Source: an uncultured Nitrospiraceae bacterium
Lineage (GTDB): Bacteria; Nitrospirota; Thermodesulfovibrionia; Thermodesulfovibrionales; SM23-35
Assembly: GCA_963727775.1 (NCBI GenBank)
Contig: CAVSHB010000004.1
Span: 192,001-256,000 of the forward strand
Reading direction: 5' to 3'
DNA length: 64,000 nt
Positions 49,416-59,044 of the stretch are shown here, in pieces; position 1 is the first letter of the stretch; each line of letters begins with the position of its first letter. A program made the position numbers and the translations under genes. The notes under the pieces are model-generated. The model saw only the letters and a list, made by a program, of their open reading frames with translations. It searched no databases and was not told where the DNA came from.

Positions 49416-50780
49416 GGCGCATCTGGGTTCTTCATGGGTCTATGCAATATATAGTGGTTTGAGTATCCTATGTTCATGGATGAAAAAGTGTTTTATACAA
49501 AGATATTGGGAATCAAGCTGCCTTGGTTTGTAAAACAGGTTATTATGGACGAAGCAACTCAGCGAATCGACATTTATATGGAGCATGAGAAAGATATACG
49601 CGTCAGGTGTCCGGAATGTGGTGCGTTTTACGGCATGTACGATCACGCACCTGAGCGCGTTTATCGTCATTTGAACACCTGCCAAATGGAAACCTACATT
49701 CATGTTCGGCCACCGCGAGTAAACTGCCCTACGCATGGAGTTAAGCAGATAGAATCGGCGGTTGGTGAGAACGGCTCGGATATGAGTCATGCCTTTGAGA
49801 GTCTGGTCATTCGTGTTGCTCAAGAGTGCAGCATCGAGGGTACGGCCCGGCTTTGTGGATTGAGTTGGGATAAAGGATGGAATGCTCTGGAGCGAGCGGT
49901 TAATCGTGGTCGCGGACGCAAGGTGCATCGCATCCCAAGCCGTATCGGAGTGGATGAGAAGTCCATTGCGAAGGGACACAAATACGAGTCTCTGGTTTAC
50001 GATCTTGATGCAGGGACTGTTGAGTTTGTATGGGATGATCGTGGCCAGGAAAGTCTTGAAAGCTATTACCGACAGTTTAGCAAGGAAGAACTGTCTGACG
50101 TTAAAGCTGTGGCAATGGACATGTGGGACCCGTATATTGCGGCTACAAAAGCTTATGTACCTGGTGCGGAAAGGAAAATCGTCTTTGATCGTTTTCATGT
50201 GATGAAGCATGTTCTGGCTGCGGTGGATGAGGTCAGAAAGAGCGAACATCGTGAACTTTCGGAGTGCGGAGAGCAAACTTTGAAGGGAACCAGATATCTG
50301 TGGTTGTGGAGCGAGGAGAATATTCCATCGTGGCGACGTGGAGAGTTTGAGGCATTGCGAGCCAAAGACTTGCAGATATGCCGGGCGTGGGCTATAAAAG
50401 AGAACCTTCGGCATCTGTGGGAGTATCGGTATGAGGCCCATATGAGAAACTATTTCAAGCGCTGGTATTTTTGGGCGACTCATTCTCGACTTGAGCCTAT
50501 TAAGAAAGCGGCTAAGACGGTTAAGTCCCATATAGACAATATCGTTACTTACGCACGGCATCGCATTACCAACGCCTTGGGCGAGGCAATCAACGGCAAG
50601 ATTGAGAAAGTTAAACGAATGGCTTGTGGTTTTCGCAATCGCTCCCATTATAGAACCGCCATTTATTTTCATTGCGGCGGACTGGACTTGTTTCCCAAAC
50701 CGCCTGCTCAACCAACACTATGCTTTCGAGCAACTTAAACACTATCTGTTGGGGGTATCCATTAAAATGTCTGTTCCGGC
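49416..50780 (+). mobile_element. ISL3-family insertion sequence (1365 bp)
   Basis: 8-bp AT-rich TSD ATTTAAGT (49408-49415, 50781-50788); weak imperfect IRs. Confidence 0.88.
49470..50738 (+). CDS. ISL3-family transposase
   Basis: CPECG zinc finger, IGVDEKS, VAMDMW, FDRFHV, TNALGEAINGKI, GFRN. Confidence 0.95.
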   Translation: MFMDEKVFYTKILGIKLPWFVKQVIMDEATQRIDIYMEHEKDIRVRCPECGAFYGMYDHAPERVYRHLNTCQMETYIHVRPPRVNCPTHGVKQIESAVGENGSDMSHAFESLVIRVAQECSIEGTARLCGLSWDKGWNALERAVNRGRGRKVHRIPSRIGVDEKSIAKGHKYESLVYDLDAGTVEFVWDDRGQESLESYYRQFSKEELSDVKAVAMDMWDPYIAATKAYVPGAERKIVFDRFHVMKHVLAAVDEVRKSEHRELSECGEQTLKGTRYLWLWSEENIPSWRRGEFEALRAKDLQICRAWAIKENLRHLWEYRYEAHMRNYFKRWYFWATHSRLEPIKKAAKTVKSHIDNIVTYARHRITNALGEAINGKIEKVKRMACGFRNRSHYRTAIYFHCGGLDLFPKPPAQPTLCFRAT

Positions 50781-51376
50781 ATTTAAGTTTCTTTCAACAA
50801 ACCATACCATACAACTCTTCAAGATCTTTCACCTTCTTCTTGAGTTCTTCTTCACTTTTGTGTAACGCTTCCACTGCTTGTTTGCGTGCCGTCATGTCTA
50901 AAAGGGTGGCGGTCCTTTTTTACCTCCAGGAACCATATCAACTGTTAAAAGGATATCTTTAACATTTCCATCTCTATCTTTGAAACGAAACTCATAACTC
51001 TTGGGGGCTATATCAGGTTCAAGATTTCTCAAACGATGATACTCCTTCATTCGATCAAGATCATTTTCAAAAACGAAATCTATCCATTTCTTTTTACCTA
51101 CAACTTCTTCCTTAGAGTAACCAGAGAGTTTTTCAGCTTTCTATTTATCATGGAAATAGTCATGTTTTCTTCGAAAACTATTGTAGCTGTGCCGGCATTT
51201 TCGAAAACATTATGATAGTTTTCTACCGATTTTGTTAACTCCTCAATTTTTTCAGTTGCTCTTTTGTCTTATCTTGATCTATCATCTTTTTTACCTTCTA
51301 CAAATACTAAATATGAGTAGAAGTATATCATGTTTTTATAAATCTAACTTTTGAAGAGGAAGTTATTGTGATATAA

Positions 51377-51400
51377 AAATTGTAACCAAATTGTAACCAA
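51377..51400. repeat. 11-bp direct repeat AAATTGTAACC x2 (candidate protein-binding site)
   Basis: AAATTGTAACC-AAATTGTAACC-AA seen directly. Confidence 0.5.
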
Positions 51401-51813
51401 GAATATCCTAAAAGGTCTTAAATGGCAGAAAATATCTTAAATAATAGAATCATGTTGTCCCTAAATCGGGAAGGTACACCCCAAATAAGGAGGAAAAGCG
51501 GGTGGAATTATTGAAAACTACCCCCCTCCTCCCTCGTGTCGACAGGATCCTCTGTGGCGATAGAATTCAAAATAACACTCCGGGAAAGACGAATTCGCCT
51601 CCTTTCAGGCTTGGTCGGAAGCGGTCAATATAGTTGACAAGTTTCCCTATTTGCCACGGTTTTTGAATCAGCCATCCATATCTTCAGGCCAGTGTTTTGT
51701 CCTCTTTGGAGTGTTTCATTTTTTGATGAACGCTTAATCCTTCCCGCCCCGGTACATTACTTGCTTAGAATGTATTCAATGCAACAATATTCCTTATGGA
51801 AGGAGGTGATTTC

Positions 51814-52170
51814 ATGAAGAAGGCATTAGCTATTATCGTATCACTTCTCTTTGTTCTCAGTGTCGTGGGACTCTCTTCTGCAGAAGAGAAGAAACATGCA
51901 AAGAAGGCGCTGCATGTTACCGGTGAGGTGACAGCAGTTGATGCAACTGCAAAGACCCTTACCATAAAAGGTAAGGAGGGCGAAGTTTTGCTCACTACTA
52001 CTGACAAGACCAAGTTTGCCAAAGGGAAGACCCTCGCTGACGTAAAAGTTGGCGACAAGTTGACCGCCAAGTACTCAGAGAAAGACGGCAAGATGGTGGT
52101 ATGGAAAGTCATGACGAAGGAAGAGATGAAGGAGCTGAAGAAGGAGTCTAAGGAGAAAGAAAAGAAGTAA
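51814..52170 (+). CDS. Exported small OB-fold-like (DUF5666-like) protein
   Basis: AGGAGGTG SD, signal peptide, VTGEVTAVD..TLTI, LADVKVGDK pattern. Confidence 0.7.
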   Translation: MKKALAIIVSLLFVLSVVGLSSAEEKKHAKKALHVTGEVTAVDATAKTLTIKGKEGEVLLTTTDKTKFAKGKTLADVKVGDKLTAKYSEKDGKMVVWKVMTKEEMKELKKESKEKEKK

Positions 52171-52191
52171 TTTATATTCTCATTTTTTATG

Positions 52192-52231
52192 AGGGGGCGT
52201 CGTTTCGTTATTGCGGCGCCCTTTTGTTTTC
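52192..52231 (+). terminator. Rho-independent terminator
   Basis: GGGGGCGTCG...CGGCGCCCTT stem followed by TTTGTTTT. Confidence 0.6.
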
Positions 52232-52326
52232 TCATATGCCAAGGTCAAGCAAAGGAAGGGAGTAAAACCCTTGCCTTCTATTGTTGATGCCGAATCCCGC
52301 CGCCGATTCCGGGTACAGGCATTGTC

Positions 52327-53199
52327 TTACCTTATGAAGGATCTGTAAATAGAATAAACAAAGTTCCCTTCTATTGTATATGCATCCATACCCCATGCTT
52401 CTGGCAATGGCCAGTAGGGGGAAGCTTCATTCAATGCCTGCAAAGCAGCTTTATCAAGAATGGGATAGCCCGATCCCCTCACGATTTCAGCGGATCCCAG
52501 TTGTCCGGTTCTATTTATGGTAAATTTGATAACCAAGTCTCCATAGATGCCCTTTTGTGCAGCTTCATCAGGATAGTGCCAGACGCTCTCTATGCGCTCT
52601 TTTAACCTTTGGTTGTAATTCCAGAATTTATATTCTTTTGTATCTAATGTAATAGGCTTATCTCTGTTTATTCTTTTTTCTTCTTTCTCGATATTTCTTT
52701 TCGCAATGTCTCCTATAACGTTTTTATCGAATAGATTCGGTTCCAGATTTTTCGGCTTACCTATGTTTCCGCCTGAAGGTCTCGTATTACTTTCTCCGGA
52801 AATACCCTCCGGAGCTACTTTACCAACGGGCGGCAAGAAGCCGAGGCTACTGCTCTTGATTTCACCGGATGAACTTTTTGAAACAGCTTGAGAATTCTCT
52901 TTCTCTGGCGTTGGTTTCCCTCCGCGTATTGCAGGCGCAGGAGCTACAACTCTTGGCCTCGAAGGCGGCGATTGCCTTACTTTAGGCACTGGCAATATAC
53001 GAGACTTCTTCGGAAGAAGTTCTTCCGGCGAAACGATGTCCGCATAAAATTCTTTCCCTGCGTTCTTGTTTTTTGCAGGAGGAATAATGAATATAATCGC
53101 AGCAATGACAATAGCGTGAACTGCAACGGAATATATAAAAAATCTTTTCAGTGTCAATGCAAATATTCCCCGAAAAGTCTTATGTAATTTCTGAGGCAT
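52327..53199 (-). CDS. TonB/TolA-family energy transducer
   Basis: N-terminal TM with SxxxH (SVAVH), Pro-rich linker, TonB_C (WHYPDEA, FTINRTG, GSGYPILDKAA). Confidence 0.85.
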   Translation of the reverse strand: MPQKLHKTFRGIFALTLKRFFIYSVAVHAIVIAAIIFIIPPAKNKNAGKEFYADIVSPEELLPKKSRILPVPKVRQSPPSRPRVVAPAPAIRGGKPTPEKENSQAVSKSSSGEIKSSSLGFLPPVGKVAPEGISGESNTRPSGGNIGKPKNLEPNLFDKNVIGDIAKRNIEKEEKRINRDKPITLDTKEYKFWNYNQRLKERIESVWHYPDEAAQKGIYGDLVIKFTINRTGQLGSAEIVRGSGYPILDKAALQALNEASPYWPLPEAWGMDAYTIEGNFVYSIYRSFIR

Positions 53200-53278
53200 T
53201 CTCTGTTGCTGTCATGCCTAAGCCACAGTCGTAAAGATGCAGCCTGAACCTCGGGCCGCCTGCGCAAGGATATGCCTC

Positions 53279-53680
53279 TCATTTCAGGCTTATTTTCGGC
53301 TCGGTAATCATGCCAAGCTTTTCTATGCCTGCCTCCTTTATCTCACCCATGACCTCGACAACAAACCCGTAAGGCACATCTTTATCCGCTTTCAGAAACA
53401 CATTGGGGTTCAATTTGCTTATCGCTTCGAGTTTATGCCGCATTTCCGCCACCGTAACAGGATTATCGTTCAGATAAACCATCCCGTCCTTTTTTACTAT
53501 GAGGGTTATTCTTTCTTCAGGGGGCAGGTCTTTTCCCTTGGCTTTCGGAAGGTTTATATCAATCCCCTGCTGAAGTAAAGGCGCTGTTACCATAAAGATC
53601 ACAAGGAGCACAAGCATTACATCGACAAAAGGGGTCACATTTATTTCAGAGAGGACAGTTCTCTCTTTATTCAACTTCAT
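53279..53680 (-). CDS. tolR: TolR/ExbD protein
   Basis: EINVTPFVDVMLVLLVIFMVTAP, KADKDVPYGFVVEVM. Confidence 0.88.
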   Translation of the reverse strand: MKLNKERTVLSEINVTPFVDVMLVLLVIFMVTAPLLQQGIDINLPKAKGKDLPPEERITLIVKKDGMVYLNDNPVTVAEMRHKLEAISKLNPNVFLKADKDVPYGFVVEVMGEIKEAGIEKLGMITEPKISLK

Positions 53681-54306
53681 GCATTATCCCTTGTAAAAAA
53701 ATCGAGGAGTTCTTCTGAAAAGTCCTCCATCTCAATAATCATCCGCCGGGCCATGCTGAGATAGTAATTGTACGCGATTACGGCAGGTATAGCTGCGACA
53801 AGTCCCGCGGCAGTGGCTATAAGGGATTCGGCGATTCCGGGGGCGACAACCGCGAGTGAGGCAGCGCCGGCTGTACCGATATTCCTGAAGGAATTCATGA
53901 TCCCCCAGACTGTCCCGAATAATCCGATAAACGGGGTTGTCGAGCCCGTTGTCGCAAGAAAATTAAGGTACTTCTCAAGTTTCGCGGATTCGAGGGCGCC
54001 ATATCTTCTGAGAAGTCTCTTAGACTCGCTCTTATCCTTATGTATTTCATCGGTATATACTGATCTGAACAGATTTGCAATAGGGCTCATCATCAAATTC
54101 CTTGTTGCCTGGAACAAGCCTTTAGAGTCCCTGTTCGATCTGTAGGCCCTTAAGAATTCCTGAGACTCTTTATTCGCCTTTGAAAAATATCTCTGTTTGA
54201 AGAATATGATCGCCCACGATACCACCGAAAAAAACAGAAGGATGATTAAAACAATCTTTACTATAATACCTGCCTGCAGGATTAACTGAATCGCCGAATC
54301 TTTCAT
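53677..54306 (-). CDS. tolQ: TolQ/ExbB protein
   Basis: FLATTGSTTPFIGLFGTVWGIMNSF, VAPGIAESLIATAAGL, AIPAVIAYN. Confidence 0.9.
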   Translation of the reverse strand: MKDSAIQLILQAGIIVKIVLIILLFFSVVSWAIIFFKQRYFSKANKESQEFLRAYRSNRDSKGLFQATRNLMMSPIANLFRSVYTDEIHKDKSESKRLLRRYGALESAKLEKYLNFLATTGSTTPFIGLFGTVWGIMNSFRNIGTAGAASLAVVAPGIAESLIATAAGLVAAIPAVIAYNYYLSMARRMIIEMEDFSEELLDFFTRDNA

Positions 54307-54983
54307 AATAACCTCATATATATAATGATTTTAAAAAAACTTTAATAGGGTTTAGATTCAAAAGTTAAATCGAAACTATAAGCAGCAAAGCTAAAGAATA
54401 TCGGCACCTTAAAGTCCGTAACAACAGTATTACTAACATCCGCATTGACTATCCCTTCTGCGGTTTCATCTGTTTGCTTTGCTTCAGCCTCGCATTCTCA
54501 AGGCCAACCTGCGAAACTTTGCAATTATAAAGGGCCTGTATGCAGGACAACTTTCCGTTCGAAAACAATACCTCTGCATCGCCGACTTCAATGGATTTCT
54601 AATGTCTGACAGACCTTCCGGTTGTATCTCACAATCTCCTTCCGTTATTTTTAATAGTATTCTCTATCAAGTATGACGCTGGAAAAATAAAAAGGTTACA
54701 ACTTATTCCGATAAATATAATGAGGAGTGTATTCCCACCCATATGAGCCCGTCGGACTTATGGCTTTTTTGGCCAAAATCCTTGGGTAGTCCGTGTTACC
54801 CTCAGAAATAAAAATAAGCGACTTGTGTTAACGTCTTGTCATTCTTAAGATCACGGTTAGGCTTTATCCTGTGATATACTTTGTAAAATTGTGAAGTTCA
54901 ACCGCAAATCATCAAACAATAAGGAAATTTTGTTATTTCTGTTACAGATATTCGATTGAATATAATATATAGAAAATCTGCCC

Positions 54984-55829
54984 ATGAAAACTACTGAATA
55001 CATTAGCAATCAGTCTAAGCCAATTTGCATAGCATTATGCCTTGTAATTCTTTTTCTTATAGGAATTATTGATTATATGACCTGGGAGGAATTAAGTTTA
55101 TCTGTATTCTATTTACTCCCTGTGTCACTTGCAACTTGGCGCGCAGGCAGATGGATTGGAATCTTGTTTTGTTTTGTTGCTGCAATAGTATGGTTTTTCT
55201 CAGATTTTATGACAGGTCATGTATATCCACATTTTATCATCCCGTATTGGAATGCTTTTGAACGATTGGCCTTTTTCCTTATAGTTTCGTATACTTTATC
55301 AAGGCTGAAAAATTCACTTATGCAGGAAAAACTGTTAGCCAGGATAGATCCATTAACTGGACTCTTGAATCCAAGATCTTTTAATGATTCGGCACAGACA
55401 GAGATAGATAAAGCCAGCAGATTTAAGCGCCCTTTTACTGTTGCATTCATTGATCTGGACAATTTTAAAATGGTTAATGATCAGTTGGGTCATAGTGTAG
55501 GGGATGTTCTTTTGCAGTTAGTTGCAGAGACAATTAAAAAAAATACTCGGGTAGTTGATATAGTTGCTCGACTCGGAGGCGATGAGTTCATTATTCTTTT
55601 GCCGGAAACAGGAATTGAATCCGCACAAGTAGTTTTTAGAAAGCTTCAAGAGCGAATCATGGAAGCTATGCAGAAAAACAGATGGCCCATAACATTAAGT
55701 ATTGGTGCAGTTACATATATCAATCCACCCGATACGGTTGATAATATGCTAAAGAAGGCAGACAATCTTATGTACTCTGCAAAAAATAGCGGGAAAAATA
55801 AGATCATACAGGAATTAATTGACAAATAA
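54984..55829 (+). CDS. Membrane diguanylate cyclase (DUF4118-like 4-TM sensor + GGDEF)
   Basis: TM region IIDYMT..LSVFYLLPV; DPLTGLLN, DLDNFK, ARLGGDEF. Confidence 0.9.
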   Translation: MKTTEYISNQSKPICIALCLVILFLIGIIDYMTWEELSLSVFYLLPVSLATWRAGRWIGILFCFVAAIVWFFSDFMTGHVYPHFIIPYWNAFERLAFFLIVSYTLSRLKNSLMQEKLLARIDPLTGLLNPRSFNDSAQTEIDKASRFKRPFTVAFIDLDNFKMVNDQLGHSVGDVLLQLVAETIKKNTRVVDIVARLGGDEFIILLPETGIESAQVVFRKLQERIMEAMQKNRWPITLSIGAVTYINPPDTVDNMLKKADNLMYSAKNSGKNKIIQELIDK

Positions 55830-55948
55830 GAACTGTTTTAGAATAGTATCCCATAAAGAGCTTTCGCCATTTTTTTATTAATTACAAAGGCAGGGAAAGG
55901 TGCTCGACGTTAATATTTTTTGTCGGTTTCTGCAGTTTTCTTAGTTCT

Positions 55949-56710
55949 TCATAAGACAGTGGTTTTGGTTTGTTGTTCATCGTTACCTCCATGCGGATTA
56001 CGTATTTTCTTTTTTTTCAGTTTTGCTTTTTTCTTTCTGTATCCTATGATATGGATCTTTCTTAGCAACTTTTCAAGCCTGTTTTTAAATACAAGGACAA
56101 GAAAAATAATGGTGAGAGCAATTCCCGCAAGGATAAATAATTCTTGATACTGCTTACGTCTTATATAATCCCCTCCCAAAGTTTCCAGAACCGTGCCCAG
56201 TAACCTGCCAATACTGGTAATTGCGAGAAATTCAATCGTGGAGAGATAACCGAGGGTGTAACATAAGTAATCTTTAGGAAACCCTGGAATAAGAAAAAGT
56301 AGAAATATTGTAAACCTTCCTTTATTGTGGGAAATATTCTTGAAACGGAGCATTAAGTTTTTATTGAATAACTTGTTAATAAACACCCTTTCAAATCTAC
56401 GAGAAAGCAAAAAGACGATGTACCCGCCTATTGTCGTTCCTATTGTTGACAAAATAACTCCGTTAACTGTGCCATAGATATAGCCTCCAAGCATGTTTAA
56501 AAACATACCTGGGATTGCGGGGATAATAACCTGCACAGCCTCTAAGAAAACAAATCCTGCTTCATCCCACACTCCCATAGAATCAAGGAATCGAAAGATG
56601 CGTTCTTTACTTGTAAAAAACTGCCATGCCCCCAGCCGATGGAACAAGAGAAAGACCCCACTCATGATTATGAGGAGCAATAATGGCTCTATCCATGCAA
56701 ACCGTTTCAT
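55949..56710 (-). CDS. TVP38/TMEM64 (DedA/VTT) family membrane protein
   Basis: QVIIPAIPG, GGYIYG, FLLFLIPGFPKDYLCY, IGRL. Confidence 0.85.
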   Translation of the reverse strand: MKRFAWIEPLLLLIIMSGVFLLFHRLGAWQFFTSKERIFRFLDSMGVWDEAGFVFLEAVQVIIPAIPGMFLNMLGGYIYGTVNGVILSTIGTTIGGYIVFLLSRRFERVFINKLFNKNLMLRFKNISHNKGRFTIFLLFLIPGFPKDYLCYTLGYLSTIEFLAITSIGRLLGTVLETLGGDYIRRKQYQELFILAGIALTIIFLVLVFKNRLEKLLRKIHIIGYRKKKAKLKKKKIRNPHGGNDEQQTKTTVL

Positions 56711-56995
56711 GGAAACCTCCCGGTGATCGTCATGAAGATAGTTTATATCGTAAGGAACACCTTGTCTATGGCTGGCTTGAGGCTTGTTATGAATATTTTA
56801 TCCGGTCGATACCGCTGGATTTGGGTACTATTAGACTATGCGAAAGTATACTGAAAATTTTATTGGTTCCGTTAGGTACGATCTTCATACAGCGGAACAT
56901 GTGCTTGAGATTGGGAGATACATATATGTTTGGTTGTAACCTTCTGCTCCTTTTCATCGTCTTAAATTTACAAAAGCAAAGAAGGAGGTTAAATC

Positions 56996-57106
56996 ATGAA
57001 GAAAGGTATCATAGCTCTTACGGTCTTCGCAGTTTTATTGGCTGTAATAGTTGCTGTTGGAGTCTCCAACTCAGAGGCTGCTTATTTTGGTCACAGATCC
57101 GGCTAA
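56996..57106 (+). CDS. 36-aa signal-peptide-dominated small ORF (or remnant of a secreted NHL-repeat protein)
   Basis: AAGGAGGT SD; MKKGIIALTVFAVLLAVIVAVGVSNSEAAYFGHRSG*. Below the ORF-track cutoff. Confidence 0.55.
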   Translation: MKKGIIALTVFAVLLAVIVAVGVSNSEAAYFGHRSG

Positions 57107-57235
57107 TGGTAGACTGCAAATTTATACAATTTGCTCAAAATTAACCTTAATTATCTTTTCATGTTTTACTCATTCTTTTTTCACAAGTTGTCTATACTAT
57201 GTGTGTCAACGACAGAAGATACGGGAGGATTATTA

Positions 57236-57532
57236 ATGACTGAAACGGCGAATAATAAGAAAAATATTTCAAGGCATATTTTGCCGACATCTGCAAATTT
57301 ATTAGGATTATGTTTTGTAATTCTCACTTTTATAAAAGTTCTAAAGTTGGGAAATGAGACCGTTATCGATGAGCTGGTAGCAGTGGCAATAGTTTTATTT
57401 TTTACTTCCAGCTTTTTCTCTTATGTATCCATGCGATCCAACAGATGGGTGGAATCGTGTGAAAAAATGGCAGACAGCATTTTTTTGATTGGATTGTTCA
57501 TTCTGTCTCTATGTTCAGCTGGTTGCATTTGA
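57236..57532 (+). CDS. Small 3-TM membrane protein
   Basis: GGGAGG SD before ATG 57236; HILPTSANLLGLCFVIL and two more hydrophobic segments. Confidence 0.65.
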   Translation: MTETANNKKNISRHILPTSANLLGLCFVILTFIKVLKLGNETVIDELVAVAIVLFFTSSFFSYVSMRSNRWVESCEKMADSIFLIGLFILSLCSAGCI

Positions 57533-57848
57533 GGCAATAAGATAAGCAAGTGAACCATCTTAAGGTGATTCACTCGAAGAAGCAGAACGGGCTTTAGCGA
57601 GATTTATTAGAGGTTTTTGCAAAATGTCACGTCTAAAACGTTGAAAGGATTGAACTTGAGGTGGAAAACAATTTATTTGCCGGTTTCAACGAATACCTTA
57701 ATAGACAGTCAAAAGCATTATTATTTGCATATGGCTTCATATCTGTACTCATTGTGGGAGCTGTCGATTATGTCACGGGTAGTGAGCTAAGCGTTGTAGT
57801 ATTCTGATGTAGGATGGAAAAAGTGGACACCAAAGTCAGATAAAATAA

Positions 57849-58184
57849 ATGAAAGACGGAGGTGTCAGAATGAAAGGGATTCCGCAGGGACGTTACACGA
57901 AGGAGTTTCGTGGGGAGGCAGTGAAGATGGTGTTAGCCGGGGGTATATCGTTGCTGGAGGCAGCTCACCGGCTGTCATTGCCGCCCTCGACGTTAGGGAA
58001 CTGGGTCAAGGCGCATAAAGCTGGCAAGCTGGAAGATATAGGCAAGACACAGAAGCCACTGACGGAGCTAGAGATGGAACTGGCAAGGGTAAAGAAAGAG
58101 CTGGTAGAGACGAGAATGGAGCGTGATCTGCTAAAAAAAGCTGCCGCGTACTTTGCGAAGGAGTCGCTGCCCGGTACGCGCTAA
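57849..58184 (+). CDS. IS3 transposase OrfA
   Basis: Identical translation to 22820..23155. Confidence 0.9.
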   Translation: MKDGGVRMKGIPQGRYTKEFRGEAVKMVLAGGISLLEAAHRLSLPPSTLGNWVKAHKAGKLEDIGKTQKPLTELEMELARVKKELVETRMERDLLKKAAAYFAKESLPGTR

Positions 58185-59044
58185 TGAAAGAAATGCGACT
58201 TCAATATTCAGTGCCGCTGATGTGCCGGATATATAACGTATCGGCAAGCGGATACTATGCACACGTGACAAGGCCGCTTTCTAAGCGGGGGCAGGAAGAC
58301 GCCCGCTTGGAGGTTGAGATTAAGGCTGCACATAAGAGGACACGGCGGGTATGCGGCGCTGAGAGATTACAGAAGGATTTGGCAGACAACGGTATTGCAG
58401 TGGGTGTTTGCCGGATCAAGCGACTCAGGAAGAAGCTCGGTATACGCTGTAAGCAGACGAAGAAATTCAAAACTACAACTGACTCAAAACATACGCTTCC
58501 GGTGGCTGAGAACCTACTGGACCAGCAGTTTGAAGTATCCAGGCCGAACATGGCATGGTTGAGCGATATAACATATGTTTGGACCGATGAAGGATGGCTG
58601 TACCTTGCCGCGCACAAGGATCTTTTTAACGGTGAGATAGTCGGATACGCAATGGGAGAACGGATAACGAAGAGCCTTGTAAGTCAGTCTTTATTCCGTG
58701 CCGTTGCAGCGAAGCGTCCAGGGAAGGGGCTGATTCATCACTCGGATCGCGGGAGCCAATATTGTGCTCATGATTATCGGAAGCTTCTTAATCAGTTCGG
58801 CATGACGGCATCAATGAGTAGAAAAGGGAATTGCTACGACAATGCCCCGATGGAGAGTTTCTGGGGCACGCTGAAGCAGGAGCTTGTCCATCACAGACGC
58901 TACAGGAACAGACAAGAGGCAGTGCAGGATATCACGGAATATATCGAGATCTTCTACAACAGGCAGCGCCGACAGGCAAGACTTGGATATCTATCCCCAG
59001 TTGCTTATGAGTATCAATTCTATGCACGAGAGCTGGCAGCATGA
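58184..59044 (+). CDS. IS3 transposase OrfB
   Basis: Identical translation to 23155..24015. Confidence 0.93.
   Translation: MKEMRLQYSVPLMCRIYNVSASGYYAHVTRPLSKRGQEDARLEVEIKAAHKRTRRVCGAERLQKDLADNGIAVGVCRIKRLRKKLGIRCKQTKKFKTTTDSKHTLPVAENLLDQQFEVSRPNMAWLSDITYVWTDEGWLYLAAHKDLFNGEIVGYAMGERITKSLVSQSLFRAVAAKRPGKGLIHHSDRGSQYCAHDYRKLLNQFGMTASMSRKGNCYDNAPMESFWGTLKQELVHHRRYRNRQEAVQDITEYIEIFYNRQRRQARLGYLSPVAYEYQFYARELAA

Larger units (their letters stand above)
49334..51285 (-). pseudogene. PAS-domain protein pseudogene (several frameshifts, ISL3 insertion)
   Basis: Hand translation: VFENAGTATIVFEENMTISMIN / LSGYSKEEVVGKKKWIDFV..DLDRMKEYHRLRNLEPDIAPKSYEFRF / LDMTARKQA...ELKKKVKDLEELY, spread over shifting frames. 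Ends approximate. Confidence 0.65.

Noticed and set aside
49440..50711. 423-aa antisense ORF over the ISL3 transposase
   Set aside because: No recognisable motifs; mirror of the transposase frame.
54310..54980. Cobalamin riboswitch or Fur box upstream of tolQ-tolR-tonB
   Set aside because: No B12-box or Fur consensus visible.
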